From positions 1,568,001 to 1,632,000 of the forward strand of contig CAVYTA010000006.1 in the NCBI GenBank assembly GCA_963771355.1: 64,000 bases of DNA, in the 5' to 3' direction. Under the pieces are notes generated by a model. That model saw only the letters and a program-made list of their open reading frames with translations. It searched no databases and had not been told where the DNA came from. Numbering within the stretch: the stretch's first letter is position 1; every line of letters starts with the position of its first letter. Made by a program: the position numbers and the translations under genes. The stretch is from an uncultured Candidatus Rokubacteria bacterium. Its GTDB lineage: Bacteria; Methylomirabilota; Methylomirabilia; Rokubacteriales; CSP1-6. Shown one piece after another: positions 1 to 14,114 of this stretch.

Positions 1-551
1 TGCTTGGTGAAGTCGAGGTTGCGCGCCCCGAACAGGATGCCGAACAGGGCGAGGGTGCCGGCCACGAGCACGGTGGGGTCGAAGATGTCGAGCACGGACG
101 CATCCCGCATGATCATGGTGAAGGACACCGATACCGCCTTCAGCTGCAGCGCGATGTAGGGAATCATCCCGCCCACCACCAGCAGCGCCACCAGCATCCC
201 CAGGGGCGCCGACTTGCCGTAGCGGCTCGAGATGAAGTCCGAGATGGACGTGATGCGCTGCTCCTTGGCCACCCGCACCAGCTTGCGCAGCAGCACCGGC
301 CACAGGAGCGCGATGCACGCCGGCCCGAGGTAGATGGTGAGGAACTCCAGCCCCCGGTTGGCCGCCAGCCCCACGCTGCCGTAGAAGGTCCACGCGGTGC
401 AGTACACCGAGGCGGCGAGCACGTAGGTGAGCGTGCGCAGCCGGCCGCGGGCCATCCAGCGCGACCCCGTCTCGGCGAGGGTAGCGACCACGAAGAGGAA
501 GACCAGGTAGGCCAGGACGACCCCGAGGAGGCTGCCCTGGGAGAGCCACAT
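1..551 (-). CDS. Na+/solute symporter (SLC5)-domain protein, probably CrbS/CbrA-like sensor; runs off window end
   Basis: Manual translation from ATG at 551: MWLSQGSLLG...SVYCTAWTFYGSVG...RITSISDFISSRYGKS...PYIALQLKA, motifs typical of SLC5-domain sensor kinases. ATG overlaps upstream TGA. Confidence 0.8.
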   Translation of the reverse strand, partial: MWLSQGSLLGVVLAYLVFLFVVATLAETGSRWMARGRLRTLTYVLAASVYCTAWTFYGSVGLAANRGLEFLTIYLGPACIALLWPVLLRKLVRVAKEQRITSISDFISSRYGKSAPLGMLVALLVVGGMIPYIALQLKAVSVSFTMIMRDASVLDIFDPTVLVAGTLALFGILFGARNLDFTK

Positions 552-754
552 CAGGCCGCGTCCTCCGGTCCCCGCGGCCGCCGGGCTTCCAGCACGAGGA
601 GGATCACGATGGCCGCCCACACCCCGAAGAGGTAGAGAACCATCACCGGGATGCCGAGGAAGAGGACGGGGCGATTGGCGATGGACAGGAGCGGCCAGAC
701 CAGGCAGGCCCCGAAGAGCAGGAAGCTGGCGACCAGGCGCTCCATGGCCCTCAT
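551..754 (-). CDS. small 2-TM membrane protein coupled to the SLC5-domain gene
   Basis: MRAMERLVASFLLFG...LFGVWAAIVILL: two hydrophobic helices. TGATG overlap with the downstream gene; TATAAT upstream. Confidence 0.65.
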   Translation of the reverse strand: MRAMERLVASFLLFGACLVWPLLSIANRPVLFLGIPVMVLYLFGVWAAIVILLVLEARRPRGPEDAA

Positions 755-777
755 TGGCGTGGCGGGATTATACTCCC

Positions 778-1101
778 TCAGCGGGACGGCGAATCGGGGG
801 AGGGCATTCCCCCGGCGGGGGGTCCGACGAAGCGGCGTAGCACGAGATCCCCGAAGTCCGCCTCCAGCTCCGCCGCCACCGTGTCGGCCACCTCCTCGGG
901 ACTGCCCGCGCGCTCGACGTCGGCATCCTGGCCCCATCCCTCGAGGTACGCCTCGGCCTCGGTGGCCCCCTCGCGCATCGCGAGCGCGTCGATGAGGTCC
1001 TGGAAGCGCGGCGTGAGGGCCACGCGTACCGTCCGACCGTCACCCTCGGCCTCCACCAGGGACGGGATATCCTTCCAGCGGACGATACGATACCGCGCCA
1101 T
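778..1101 (-). CDS. 'Virulence factor' (PF13769-like) domain protein, often found in methyltransferase/MetF neighbourhoods
   Basis: WKDIP...RFQDLIDALAM..G...AYLEGW signature. Confidence 0.7.
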   Translation of the reverse strand: MARYRIVRWKDIPSLVEAEGDGRTVRVALTPRFQDLIDALAMREGATEAEAYLEGWGQDADVERAGSPEEVADTVAAELEADFGDLVLRRFVGPPAGGMPSPDSPSR

Positions 1102-1164
1102 CCGTTATCGGCCCCCCGCGTCGCGCATCATGGCGCCCATTCTATCCAAAACGGCTCCGTTGCC

Positions 1165-1193
1165 TTGACAAAGCGCAACCCCACCCCTACGCT
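1165..1193 (+). promoter_or_regulatory. sigma70-type promoter for the DUF169-MtaA fusion
   Basis: TTGACA-17 bp-TACGCT, followed by GGGAGG RBS and ATG 1214. Confidence 0.6.
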
Positions 1194-1213
1194 CGGCCTC
1201 GGGAGGATCCTCA

Positions 1214-3058
1214 ATGATCGACGTGCAGACGGCGGATCGGGAGCTCCAGACCTATATCCGCCCGCAGACCTTCCCGGTGGCGATCCGGATGCTCAAGCCC
1301 GGCGAGCCCATTCCGGACCGCGCGCGCCGTCCCGCGCGGGACTTCAAGAAGCTCAGCATGTCGTGCCAGGTCATCGACATGTCGCGGCGCTACGGCTGGA
1401 TGATCGCGCTCACGCGCGAGGACCACATCTGCTCGCTCGGCATCACCGCCATCGGCTTCGACCGGCCCCTGCCCATCTACAACGTGGGCACGCTGTGCGA
1501 GGGCATGTACACGGAGACGAAGGAAGCGGGCGCGCGCTCCGAGGCCGCCATCGACAAGTTCGCGCCCGGGGAGTACGAGACCCTGCTGGTGGCGCCGCTG
1601 GACCGCGCCACCTTCGAGCCGCATCTGGTCTGCGTCTATGCCAATCCCGCCCAGGTGATGCGGCTCACCCAGGCCGCGCTGTGGAAGCGTGGCGGCCGTC
1701 TTACCTCCTCCTTCGAGGGGCGCGCGGTCTGCGCCGACATCATCGTCACCACCATGAAGACCGGGGAGGCGCAGGTCATCCTCCCTTGCTCCGGGGACCG
1801 CATCTTCGGGCAGACGCAGGATCACGAGATGGCCTTCGCCATCCCGTGGGCGCGGATGGAGGAGATGGTGGAGGGCCTGCGGGGCACTCACAACGGCGGC
1901 ATCCGCTATCCCATCACCCAGTTCATGGAGTACGAGGCCAAGCTGCCGCCGCGCTACATGGAGGTGAACAAGCTCTGGGACGCCGAGAAGGGCAAGAGCG
2001 CGCTCACCAACCGGGACCGCGTGGTGGCCGCCTACAAGCGCTCGTTCTCCGACCGCGTGCCCGTCTATCCCATCGTGGCGTCGTTCGCGGGCACGCTGGA
2101 CGGGCTGAGCATCGAGGAGTACTGCACCAACCCCGTCAAGGCCATCAACGCGATGATGAACTACTACGAGCGCTATCAGCCCGACGTGGTGCTCGCCTAC
2201 AACGACCTCGCCAAGGAGGCGGAGGCCTTCGGCTGCGGCGTGAAGTACTCCGACTACGTGGTGCCCTCCATCGAGACCCACATCCTCGAGGACAAGGCCT
2301 CCCTGGCCCGGCTGGTGATGCCCGATCCCTACCGGACGGGGCGGCTGCCCGGTTTCCTCGAGCAGTGCGAGGCGCTCGTCAAGGCCAAGCCGCCGGCGGC
2401 CACCGGGGCGGTGGCGGTGGGCCCGTGGACCATCGCCATGCTGCTGCGGAACCCGGAGATGATGCTGCTCGACACCTTCGAGGATCCGCAGTTCATTCAC
2501 GACCTCATGCGGATCGCCACCGACTTCTCGAAGGTGTGGGGCGATGCCATCGTGAAGACCGGGATCGGACTGTCCTACTCCGAGCCCACCGCCTCCATCA
2601 GCTTGATCTCGCCCGACAACTACCGCGAGTTCATCGCGCCCTATCACAAGGAGCTGGTGGACCACTTCAAGGCCAAGAAGGTGGGAGTGACCACCCACAT
2701 CTGCGGCACCACCTATCCGATCTACGAAGACCTGATCCAGTGCGGGTTCACCACGGTGTCGTTCGACCTCGATCAGCAGGCCGATCCCGCGCTGCACGTG
2801 GACCAGCTCACGCGCTTCATGGAGGTGGTCAAGGGACGCGCGGTGGCCATCGGGAACGTGGATGCCACCAAGTTCGAGAAGACGACGCGGGAGGAGATGG
2901 AAGCCGACGTGCGGCGCTGCATCGATGCCGCCGCCCGGCACTCCGGCTTCATCCTGTCGACCTCGTGCGAGATCCCCCCGCGGTCCAATCCCGAGATCGT
3001 GAAGTGGTTCATGGACGCGGCCCACGACTACGGACGCTACGAGCGCGTGCTGGGCTGA
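1214..3058 (+). CDS. DUF169 domain fused to UroD/MtaA-CmuA-family methylcobalamin:thiol methyltransferase
   Basis: N-half has the DUF169-like Cys motifs (SCQ, HICSLG, AVCAD, PCSGDR). C-half starts DRVPVYP and has Zn ligands HICG and STSCEI plus GNVD. Confidence 0.75.
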   Translation: MIDVQTADRELQTYIRPQTFPVAIRMLKPGEPIPDRARRPARDFKKLSMSCQVIDMSRRYGWMIALTREDHICSLGITAIGFDRPLPIYNVGTLCEGMYTETKEAGARSEAAIDKFAPGEYETLLVAPLDRATFEPHLVCVYANPAQVMRLTQAALWKRGGRLTSSFEGRAVCADIIVTTMKTGEAQVILPCSGDRIFGQTQDHEMAFAIPWARMEEMVEGLRGTHNGGIRYPITQFMEYEAKLPPRYMEVNKLWDAEKGKSALTNRDRVVAAYKRSFSDRVPVYPIVASFAGTLDGLSIEEYCTNPVKAINAMMNYYERYQPDVVLAYNDLAKEAEAFGCGVKYSDYVVPSIETHILEDKASLARLVMPDPYRTGRLPGFLEQCEALVKAKPPAATGAVAVGPWTIAMLLRNPEMMLLDTFEDPQFIHDLMRIATDFSKVWGDAIVKTGIGLSYSEPTASISLISPDNYREFIAPYHKELVDHFKAKKVGVTTHICGTTYPIYEDLIQCGFTTVSFDLDQQADPALHVDQLTRFMEVVKGRAVAIGNVDATKFEKTTREEMEADVRRCIDAAARHSGFILSTSCEIPPRSNPEIVKWFMDAAHDYGRYERVLG

Positions 3059-3085
3059 GCGGCGCCGGGCGGCGCCAAAGACGAA

Positions 3086-3112
3086 GGGCGCGGTGGGAAT
3101 CCCACCGCGCCC
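3086..3112 (-). terminator. rho-independent terminator between convergent genes
   Basis: Perfect 12-bp stem GGGCGCGGTGGG/CCCACCGCGCCC, followed on the minus strand by TTCGTCTTT. Confidence 0.7.
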
Positions 3113-3136
3113 GGGCTGGCTAGGCTCGAGACCGGT

Positions 3137-3529
3137 CTACCAGCGGAACGGCTTCTTGGACGGCGGAACGCCATAAGCGCCCCGATCCCCGCCGCCGCCG
3201 CCGGGACCACCGCGACCACCCCCACCGGGCCGGCCGCCGCGACCGCCCCCACCGCGCGGGCCGCCCCCGCCACCACCCGCCGGCCGCGGGTTGGAGACGT
3301 TCACGGTGAGCTTGCGCCCGTCGAGCTCCTTGCCGTTGAGCTCGGCGATCGCGCGCTGAGCCTCCTCGGCGGTGGCCATCTCGACGAACCCGAAGCCCCG
3401 GGACTGCCCCGAGAACTTATCGGTCACCACCGACGCCGACTCCACCGTCCCGCACTGCGCGAAGTACTCGCGCAGCGTCTCACTCGTGGTTGAGTAGGAC
3501 AGACCGCCCACGTAAAGTTTTGCAGCCAT
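3137..3529 (-). CDS. RRM RNA-binding protein with Gly/Arg-rich tail
   Basis: RNP2 KLYVGGL, RNP1 RGFGFVEM; AAGGAG RBS. Confidence 0.92.
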   Translation of the reverse strand: MAAKLYVGGLSYSTTSETLREYFAQCGTVESASVVTDKFSGQSRGFGFVEMATAEEAQRAIAELNGKELDGRKLTVNVSNPRPAGGGGGGPRGGGGRGGRPGGGGRGGPGGGGGDRGAYGVPPSKKPFRW

Positions 3530-3670
3530 CTGGATCTCCTTGGGGCGACCGCTCGATTCTGACGCAGGCTCCGCAGCGCGAAGACGCTCACCGTCGCCAG
3601 GGATGGCGAGTCGAACAACCCGGGGTAGTGTACACCATGGCCCCGGGTCGCGCCACGCGCGAGATCCGTC

Positions 3671-4078
3671 TTAGCCGCACACCTCGCGCACCTGGGCCGC
3701 CGCGTCCCGGCGGGCCGCCTTCGGCTCGGCCGCCCAGTCGATCTTGTCGAGCACGTCCTCGGGCGCGAAGGGCTTCGCGAGCACGCGGAAGCCCTGGAGC
3801 TCGAACGGCACGTATTCCTCCACCCGCGTTCCCGCCGGCACCGTCACCACCACCGGCACTCCCGGCGCCACCGTCTCGAAGAGCCGGCCACGATCCGCGC
3901 CGGCCAGTCGTAGCGTGCCCGCATCCACCAGCACCGCGGACACCGGTGCCTCCATCAGGTAGCGGACACCCTCGCAGAATGTCTCCGCCATCCGGATCGC
4001 CACGCCGCGCTCCAGGCAGGTCATCGCCAGGGAGGCGCCGAGGGTCCGGTCTCGATCGATCAAGAGAATGCGATTCAT
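3671..4078 (-). CDS. stand-alone divergent response-regulator receiver domain
   Basis: ILLIDRD...VLVD...VVVT...AKPF receiver pattern; GAAAGGA RBS before ATG 4078. Confidence 0.65.
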   Translation of the reverse strand: MNRILLIDRDRTLGASLAMTCLERGVAIRMAETFCEGVRYLMEAPVSAVLVDAGTLRLAGADRGRLFETVAPGVPVVVTVPAGTRVEEYVPFELQGFRVLAKPFAPEDVLDKIDWAAEPKAARRDAAAQVREVCG

Positions 4079-4118
4079 GTTGTTCCGTCCTTTCGGGTTT
4101 CGAACCGCGGGAAAAGAG

Positions 4119-4134
4119 AGCAAGGCTCGTGCCG
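4119..4134 (-). promoter_or_regulatory. sigma54 (-24/-12) promoter
   Basis: Minus strand CGGCACGAGCCTTGCT matches TGGCACG-N4-TTGC; lies next to an NtrC-family activator gene. Confidence 0.7.
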
Positions 4135-4267
4135 AAATGCGCAAGCTCCACTCGGACTCGGAGTTTCAGCTACTTGACGAGCCCCTCAGGATGCTCGGGG
4201 TGACAGGATCGGGCACGCTACCCGGCCTCTCCTGACACTGCCGGGGCGCAACAGGGCGGCTCGCGGC

Positions 4268-5634
<1,367 letters not shown>

Positions 5635-5638
<4 letters not shown>

Positions 5639-8600
5639 CGGCTGGGCTCTCCGGTTGGGACGGGACTGGTGAGGGGGAGCACGACGCGGAACGAGGCGCC
5701 CGCGCCCGGGCTCGAGTGGACCTCGATGCGGCCGGCGTGCTCGGTGACGATGCCCTGGGCGAGGGCCAGGCCGAGCCCGGTGCCCTGGCCCGGCGGTTTG
5801 GTGGTGAAGAAGGGATCGAAGAGTCGGGGCAGGATCGCCTCGGGAATGCCCGGCCCCGCGTCGCGGAACTCGATCTCCGCCTCCCCGCCGCGCACGCGCG
5901 TGGAGACCGTGAGGCGGCCTCGTCCCTCCATGGCCTCCAGCGCGTTGGCGGCGATGCCGAGAAAGACCTGGCGCAGCTGCCCCTCGTTGGCGATCACCGG
6001 CGGCAGGGCGGGATCGAACTCGGTGACCATCTCGCTGGAGGCGAAGCGCGGCTGGTGGCGCAGCAGCTCCAGCGTCCGCTCCACCAGCGCGTTCACGTCG
6101 GTGGCGCCCCGCCGGCTGCCGGGATCGCGGACGAAGCGGAGCAGGCTGCCGGTGAACTCCTTGCACCGGTAGGCCTCCTCTTCGATGAGCGCGAGATAGC
6201 TCGGGAAGTCGCGGAAGGCGTCCAGCCCGGCGAGACGCGGATCGCGGGCGCGCTCCCGCAGCGCTTCCGCGCAGCCGGCGATGGTGGCGAGGGGGTTGTT
6301 GATCTCGTGCGCCACGCCTGCCACCAGCCGCCCCGCGGTGGTGAGGCGCTCGGTGAGGAGCATCTGCCGCTCGAGGCGCTTCGGCAGGGTGATGTCCTCG
6401 ATCAGCAGGATGGCATGGGTGACGCGATGGTGGGGGCCCCGCAAGGGCGCCGCGGTGAGCCGGAGCATGCGCGTCTCCGCCGCCACCACCATCTCCTCCT
6501 CGGTCTGGTGCACCTCACCGTCCACGAGCACCCCCTCGAGAAAGCCGCGCACCGCGGCGGCCTTGGCGGGGGGCACGCGGTCGAGAAAGTCGGCGCCGGT
6601 GGCCGGCTCGCCGGTGAGCACGGTGGCGCCCTCGCGGTTGGCGCTCACCACCGTGAGGTCGCGATCGAGCACGTAGAGCCCCAGCGGCAGGGTCTCCAGC
6701 ACCACCTCCACGAAGCGCTTCTGCTCGTCCAGCTCGCGGGTCCGCTCGACCACCATGGCCTCCAGCCGCTCCGAGTAGGTCCGCACCGAGCTGAAGAGCC
6801 GGGCGTGCTCGAGGGCGAGCGCCGCCTGGTCCGCGAAGGCGGAGGCGAGGGCCACCTCGTGGACCTGGAAGTGATGCACGTCGGTGCGCAGGGCGGTGAG
6901 CGCGCCCAGGGTGCGGCCGCTCGCGACGAGGGGCACCGCGAGCATGGAGCGCAGCCCGCCTGCCACCGCGGGCTGGGGGAAGGCGCGCGGGTCGTTCCAG
7001 AGATCCGCGCTCTGCAGCGGCCGGCCTTCCGCGACGGCGAGACCGGTGATGCCCTGGCCTACCCGCACCCGGATCTGGCCCACCCGGGCCGGCCCCTCGT
7101 CCAGACTCGCCACCGAGGTCAGCTCGCCGGTGGCCTCGTCGAGCGTGAAGATGCTTCCCGACTGCACGCCCAGCACCTCGCGCGCCTGGTGAAGGATGAC
7201 GCGGATGGTCTCGCCGAGCTCGAGGCTCTGGCTCACCGCGCGGCCTGCCGCCAGGAGGGCCTCGGTCTCTCGCGCGCGGCGCTGGCTCTCCTCGAAGAAC
7301 CGCGCGTTCTGGATGGCGATGCCCGCCTGCTCCGCGAAGGCCTCCAGCAGGGTCTCTTCCCGGGAGGAAAAGTAGCCCGGCTCGCGCGAGTAGGCGGAAA
7401 TCACCCCGATCACGGCGGCGCCCGTCCGTAGCGGCACCGACAGCATGGCGCGAATTCCCTCTCTCTCGTCGATCACGGCGTCGGAGGTGCGGGGATCTCC
7501 ACGCATGTCCTCCACCCGGAACGGCGTGCCGGAGGCCGCCGCCCGCCCGATGATGCCGGCTCCCACCTTCGTGGACAGCGTCCGCCACTCCGCGGTGCGG
7601 GAGCCGTGCGCGGCCACGTGCTCGACGACGTTACCCTCCGCATTGAGCAGGCCGATGCCGCAGCCGGCGCTGCCGATCAGCGCGTTCACCGATCGGCTGA
7701 TGGTGGCGAGCACGGCGGGAAGGTGCAGCCGGGCGCTGATGAGCCGGCTCGTCTCGTTGAGCGCGCCCAGCGCCTCCGCGCGACGGAGCGTCTCGGCGTG
7801 GAGCCGGGCGTGCTCGATGGCGGAGGCCAGCGGGAGGGCCACCTCGGAGAGGATCTCCACGTCTTCCGCGCTGAAGGCGCGCGGGGTGGAGTGGCCCACG
7901 AAGAGGGAGCCGATGACCTCGCCCTGGGTGATGAGCGGCGCGAGCACCGCCGACTGGAAGCCGCGGCGCAGGAAGCGCTCGCGGCTCACCGGCGGCAGGC
8001 GCGGGTCGGAGAGATCGTCGATCCGGATCGGCGCGCGCTGCTCGGCCACCCACTGGGCGATGGAGCCCGCGCTGGGCAGGCGCATATCGCGCGCCTCCGT
8101 GCCGAGGGGGTCGTCGGGGCTCACCACGATGTCGACGAGGCGGAGCTCCTGCCGCTCGCGGTCCAGAAGACCCACGCCCAGCGCGGAGAAGCGGATGAGG
8201 CGCGCCACCGCCCGCGCGACCGCCTGGTAGACGCCGGCCAGGTCCAGCGCCGAGCTGGCGAGGGAGGTGACCTCGTTGACAACTTCCAAGCGGCGCGTGC
8301 GCTGGTGGAGCTGCCACACCTGGGCCATCGCGAGGCCGAACTCCTCCGGAAAGCCCAGCGGGATCCGGTCGGCGTGCAGGCCGCCGCGGCCGCCGGGACC
8401 GAGCAGGACGAAGCGACCCGTGGGCGCCGCGGGCTCGCCGAGGCTCGCGCGCAGCAGGCAGGGCCGCCCGCGGCGGCGCCAGCCCGGTGGAGGCTCGCGC
8501 AGCGTCCGGAAGGACACGCCTCGCGCGGGCTCGGCCAGCCGCTGGCCGATCCAGGTCTCCAGCGCCGAGCCCGGCCGCGGCCCCACCGTGACCTGGATGC

Positions 8601-8751
8601 GGCTGCCGCCCGCGGGCGTGAAGAGGAGGCCGCCCGCCACCGCGCCGGAATCCTCCACCAAGCGGCGGAGGGTCCGGGCGAATCCGGCCTCCGGCGATGC
8701 CGCCCGTCCCAGCGTGGCCAGGAGATCCGGGAACAGCCGCCCGATCTTCAT
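5635..8751 (-). CDS. cytoplasmic multi-GAF/PAS sensor histidine kinase
   Basis: Three GAF-like repeats, PAS, AHEINNPL H-box, DAGPGI, FDPFFTTK, GTGLGL. Confidence 0.88.
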
Positions 8752-8770
8752 CTCCCGGTCCTCACCGTCC

Positions 8771-10360
8771 TTACGACGGGGACAGCACGCGGCCGGGCAG
8801 GGCGCCGGTGTGCTCGCCGCCCTCGACGACCACGCGGCCGTTGACGAGGACGTGGCTGATTCCCGCCGCGTACCGGTGCGGCTCCTCGTAGGTCGCGCGG
8901 TCGATGATCCGCGCGGCGTCGAAGGCGACCACGTCGGCGCGCGCCCCCACCCGCAGCACCCCACGATCACCCAGCCCCAGCCGGTCGGCGGGCAGCCCGG
9001 TCATCTTCCGCACCGCCTCCGGCAGGGCGATGACCCGCTCGTCCCGCGCATAGCGGCCGAGGACCCGCGGGAAGGTCCCATAGCTCCGCGGGTGCGGCTG
9101 GCCGGCGGCCATGGGGCCTTCCACCGCCAGCGACGAGCCGTCGGAGCCGATCATCACGTGCGGGTGCACGAGGGCGGTGCGGAAGTCCGCCTCGTCCAGC
9201 TGAAACAGGATGACGCTGCCCTTGCCCGCCTCGTCCACGAGGAGGTCCATCGCCGCCTCCAGCGGGTCCTGCCCACGGGTCGCCGCGATCTCCGAGACCC
9301 GCCGGCCCTGGGCATCCGGCCGCGCGACCGCATAGGCGATCATCACGTCCTCCCAGCCGATGCCGCGGCTGAGGATGCCCGCACCGCCGTTGATCTCCGC
9401 GCGGATGCGCGCGCGCGCGGCGGGGTCGGTGAGTCGGCCCAGCATGGCCTCGATGCCGCCCTCGAGCACCCAGTCGGGCAGAAGCGTCCGGAGCGAGGTG
9501 CTGGACGCGGTATACGGGTACACGTCCGCGCGCACGTCGAGCCCCTCCGCGCGCGCGGCGTCGATGAGGACCAGCGCGTCCTTGACCCGTCCCCAGTGGG
9601 CGCGTCCCGCCGCCTTGATGTGGCTCACCTGCACCGGCAAGCCACCCGCGCGCCCGACCTGGATGGCCTCGCGGACGGCCTCCAGCAGCGTCGCGCCCTC
9701 GCCGCGGATATGGCTCGCGTAGATCCCGCGCCGGGCCCCCGCGCGCTTCGCGATACCGACGATCTCGTCGGTGGCGGCGTAGGAGCCGGGAGCGTAGATG
9801 AGCCCGGTGGCGAGCCCGGCGGCGCCGTCCGCCATGGACTCGTCCATCAGCCGCTCCATGGTGGCCTGCTCGCGCGCGGTGGGCGGCCGGCGCGCGAAGC
9901 CCATGGCGGCGAGCCGCAGCGTGCCGTGACCGATGAGCTGCACGACGTTCAGCGCCACGCCCTCGTCCTCGTAGCGGCGCAGATAGTCGCGGGTGGAGCG
10001 CCAGGAGAAGTCCATGCCCTCCGGCACGTAGAGGGCGAAGCCGCGGATCTCCTCGTGGAACTCGTCGGAGAGGGGCGCGGGAGAAAAGCCGCAGTTGCCC
10101 ACCACCTCGGTGGTCACGCCCTGGCGGATCTTGGACTCCGCCCGGCGATTTCCCCACAGCCGCCAGTCCGAGTGCGAGTGGATGTCGATGAAGCCGGGCG
10201 TCACGGTGAGCCCGGCGACGTCGAGGGTGCGGCCGGCGCCCTCGTGCGCGAGATCGCCCACTGCCTCGATGCGATCGCCCGTGATGCCCACGTCCGCGCG
10301 CCGCGGGGGCGCGCCGGTGCCGTCGATGACGGCCCCGCCGGCGATCTTGAGGTCAAACAC
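8771..10360 (-). CDS. N-acyl-D-amino-acid deacylase (D-aminoacylase)
   Basis: PGFIDIHSH, GNCG, SHIK, IGSD, HPRSYGTFPR; GTG start. Confidence 0.88.
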   Translation of the reverse strand: MFDLKIAGGAVIDGTGAPPRRADVGITGDRIEAVGDLAHEGAGRTLDVAGLTVTPGFIDIHSHSDWRLWGNRRAESKIRQGVTTEVVGNCGFSPAPLSDEFHEEIRGFALYVPEGMDFSWRSTRDYLRRYEDEGVALNVVQLIGHGTLRLAAMGFARRPPTAREQATMERLMDESMADGAAGLATGLIYAPGSYAATDEIVGIAKRAGARRGIYASHIRGEGATLLEAVREAIQVGRAGGLPVQVSHIKAAGRAHWGRVKDALVLIDAARAEGLDVRADVYPYTASSTSLRTLLPDWVLEGGIEAMLGRLTDPAARARIRAEINGGAGILSRGIGWEDVMIAYAVARPDAQGRRVSEIAATRGQDPLEAAMDLLVDEAGKGSVILFQLDEADFRTALVHPHVMIGSDGSSLAVEGPMAAGQPHPRSYGTFPRVLGRYARDERVIALPEAVRKMTGLPADRLGLGDRGVLRVGARADVVAFDAARIIDRATYEEPHRYAAGISHVLVNGRVVVEGGEHTGALPGRVLSPS

Positions 10361-11709
10361 GGGGCGCCTCCCGGAAGTCGAGGACGGACTCGCACCATGC
10401 GGCGGCGCCGAGGAGGCGCGCTTCCGCGAAGACGCCCCCCACGAGCTGCAGCGAGAGGGGCAGGCCCTCCCGCGCGATCCCGCTCGGCAGCGCGATGGAC
10501 GGCATGCCGGCATGGCTCCACGGCGCGCAGAAGTACGGGTCACCGGTGGACTCGAGCCCGCGCGGCGCGGGCCCGGGAGCGGTGGGGGTGAGGAGCGCGT
10601 CGTAGCGCAGGGCGGTGGGCGCCATCTCGTCCCGGAACCGACGGAGGTGGCCGCGGGCGGCGAGGAAGTCCACCGCCCGGATGCCCTGCCCGACGGTCAG
10701 GGCCTCCCGGATCTTGGGCGGATACTCCTCGGCGAGCCGCGGGAAGTTCGGCGCGTGATAGGCGGCGGCCTCGGCGCGCACTACCACCTGCCCGGAATCG
10801 TGGAGGCCCGCGAAGGACGACGGCAGGGGCACATCGATGAGGGTAGCGCCGGCGGCGGCCAGGCGGCGCATCACCTCGCCCAGGTGCTCGACGTTCTCGG
10901 GCGCGGCGCGCTCGACGAGGGCGCGCAGCACGCCGATGCGCGGGGCGGGCCCGGGGCCGGCTCCGAGGCCGGCCAGGTAGTCGTCCACCGGATGCGGGAC
11001 GGACAATGGGTCGGCGCGGTCGGGCCCGGCGAGGATCTGGAGTGTGAGCGCCACGTCCTCCACCGCCCGCGCGAAGATGCCCACATGGTCATTGCTCCAG
11101 GAGAGCGGCACGACGCCGGCGGCGCTGATGCGGCCGTGGGTGGGCTTGAAGCCCACCACCCCGCAGTAGGCGGCCGGCCGCAGGACCGACCCCACCGTCT
11201 GCGAGCCGAGGGCCAGCGGCACCATGCGCGCACCCACCGCCGCGGCGGAGCCCGAGGATGAGCCGCCGGGCGTGTGCTCGGCATTCCAGGGGTTGGGGGT
11301 CGGGCTCGGGTCCATCAGGGCAAAGGTGGTGGTGGTCACCTTGCCGAGAATCACCGCGCCCGCCGCGCGCAGGCGCGCCACCGAGGCGGCATCGGTGCCG
11401 GGCTGGCGATGCGCGAAGGCGTTCGCGCCCGCGCGCGTCGGCATGCCGGCCACGTCGAAGATGTCCTTGAGGGCCACCGGCACGCCGTGCAGCGGACCGA
11501 CGAAGGCGCCCGCGGCGGCCTGGGCCGCCCGCTCGCGCGCCGTCCGCCGCGCGCCCTCGCGGTCGAGGTGCACCCAGGCCTTCACGGTGGGCTCGATCTT
11601 GTCGATGCGCTCGAGCAGCGCCTCGACCCACTCCACTGGATCCATCTGGCGCGCACGCACACGTCGAGCACCTTCAGCCGCGGTAAGGGAAGCGAAAGCG
11701 GATTGTGTA

Positions 11710-11714
<5 letters not shown>
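10353..11714 (-). CDS. amidase-signature family protein (start uncertain: possible ATT at 11714, otherwise ATG near 11645)
   Basis: GPLHGVPVALKD, GGSSSGS, GSQTVGSVLRPA. Confidence 0.85.
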
Positions 11715-13557
<1,843 letters not shown>

Positions 13558-13559
13558 CG

Positions 13560-14102
13560 CTAGGCGCCCGCCGCGCGCGCGGCGCCGGCGCCCCGCGCGC
13601 GCTCGGCGAGCAGCAGCGCCACGCGCGCCGCGACCTGATCGGCCCCGAGCGCGCTGGTGTCCACGGTGAGGTCGGCGCGGCGATAGAAGGGCTCGCGCGC
13701 GCGATAGAGCGCCTCCACGTCGGCGGGTGTGCGGCCGGCCAGCATGGGCCGCTCGCCCGCGCGCTGGGCGCGCGCGTAGAGGCTCGCAAAGTCGCCCCCC
13801 AGCCACACCACCGTGCCCAGCTCGCGGAGCGCCTCCGGCATGCCCGGGCGGCAGGGCAGCCCGCCGCCGGTGGCGATGACGTCACCCCGCTTGAGGGCGA
13901 GGAGCCGGACCGCCTCTGCCTCGGCGGCGCGGAAATATTCCTCGCCGTGGGTCGCGAAGATGGTGGGGATCGAGCAGCCCTCGCGGGCGATGATCATGTC
14001 GTCGGTCTCGACGAAGCACCGGCCGAGGCGGCGGGCGAGCAGCCGGCCCACTGAAGACTTCCCCGCCCCCATGAAGCCCACCAGAATGACGTTGTCCGCC
14101 AT
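13560..14102 (-). CDS. aroK: shikimate kinase
   Basis: GFMGAGKSSVG P-loop, GEEYFR, ATGGG, RPML. Confidence 0.9.
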   Translation of the reverse strand: MADNVILVGFMGAGKSSVGRLLARRLGRCFVETDDMIIAREGCSIPTIFATHGEEYFRAAEAEAVRLLALKRGDVIATGGGLPCRPGMPEALRELGTVVWLGGDFASLYARAQRAGERPMLAGRTPADVEALYRAREPFYRRADLTVDTSALGADQVAARVALLLAERARGAGAARAAGA

Positions 14103-14114
14103 GTTCCAGCCATC

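Noticed and set aside
3180..3290. Low-complexity GGC/CCG repeats
   Set aside because: They encode the ordinary Gly/Arg-rich tail of the RRM protein; not an array.
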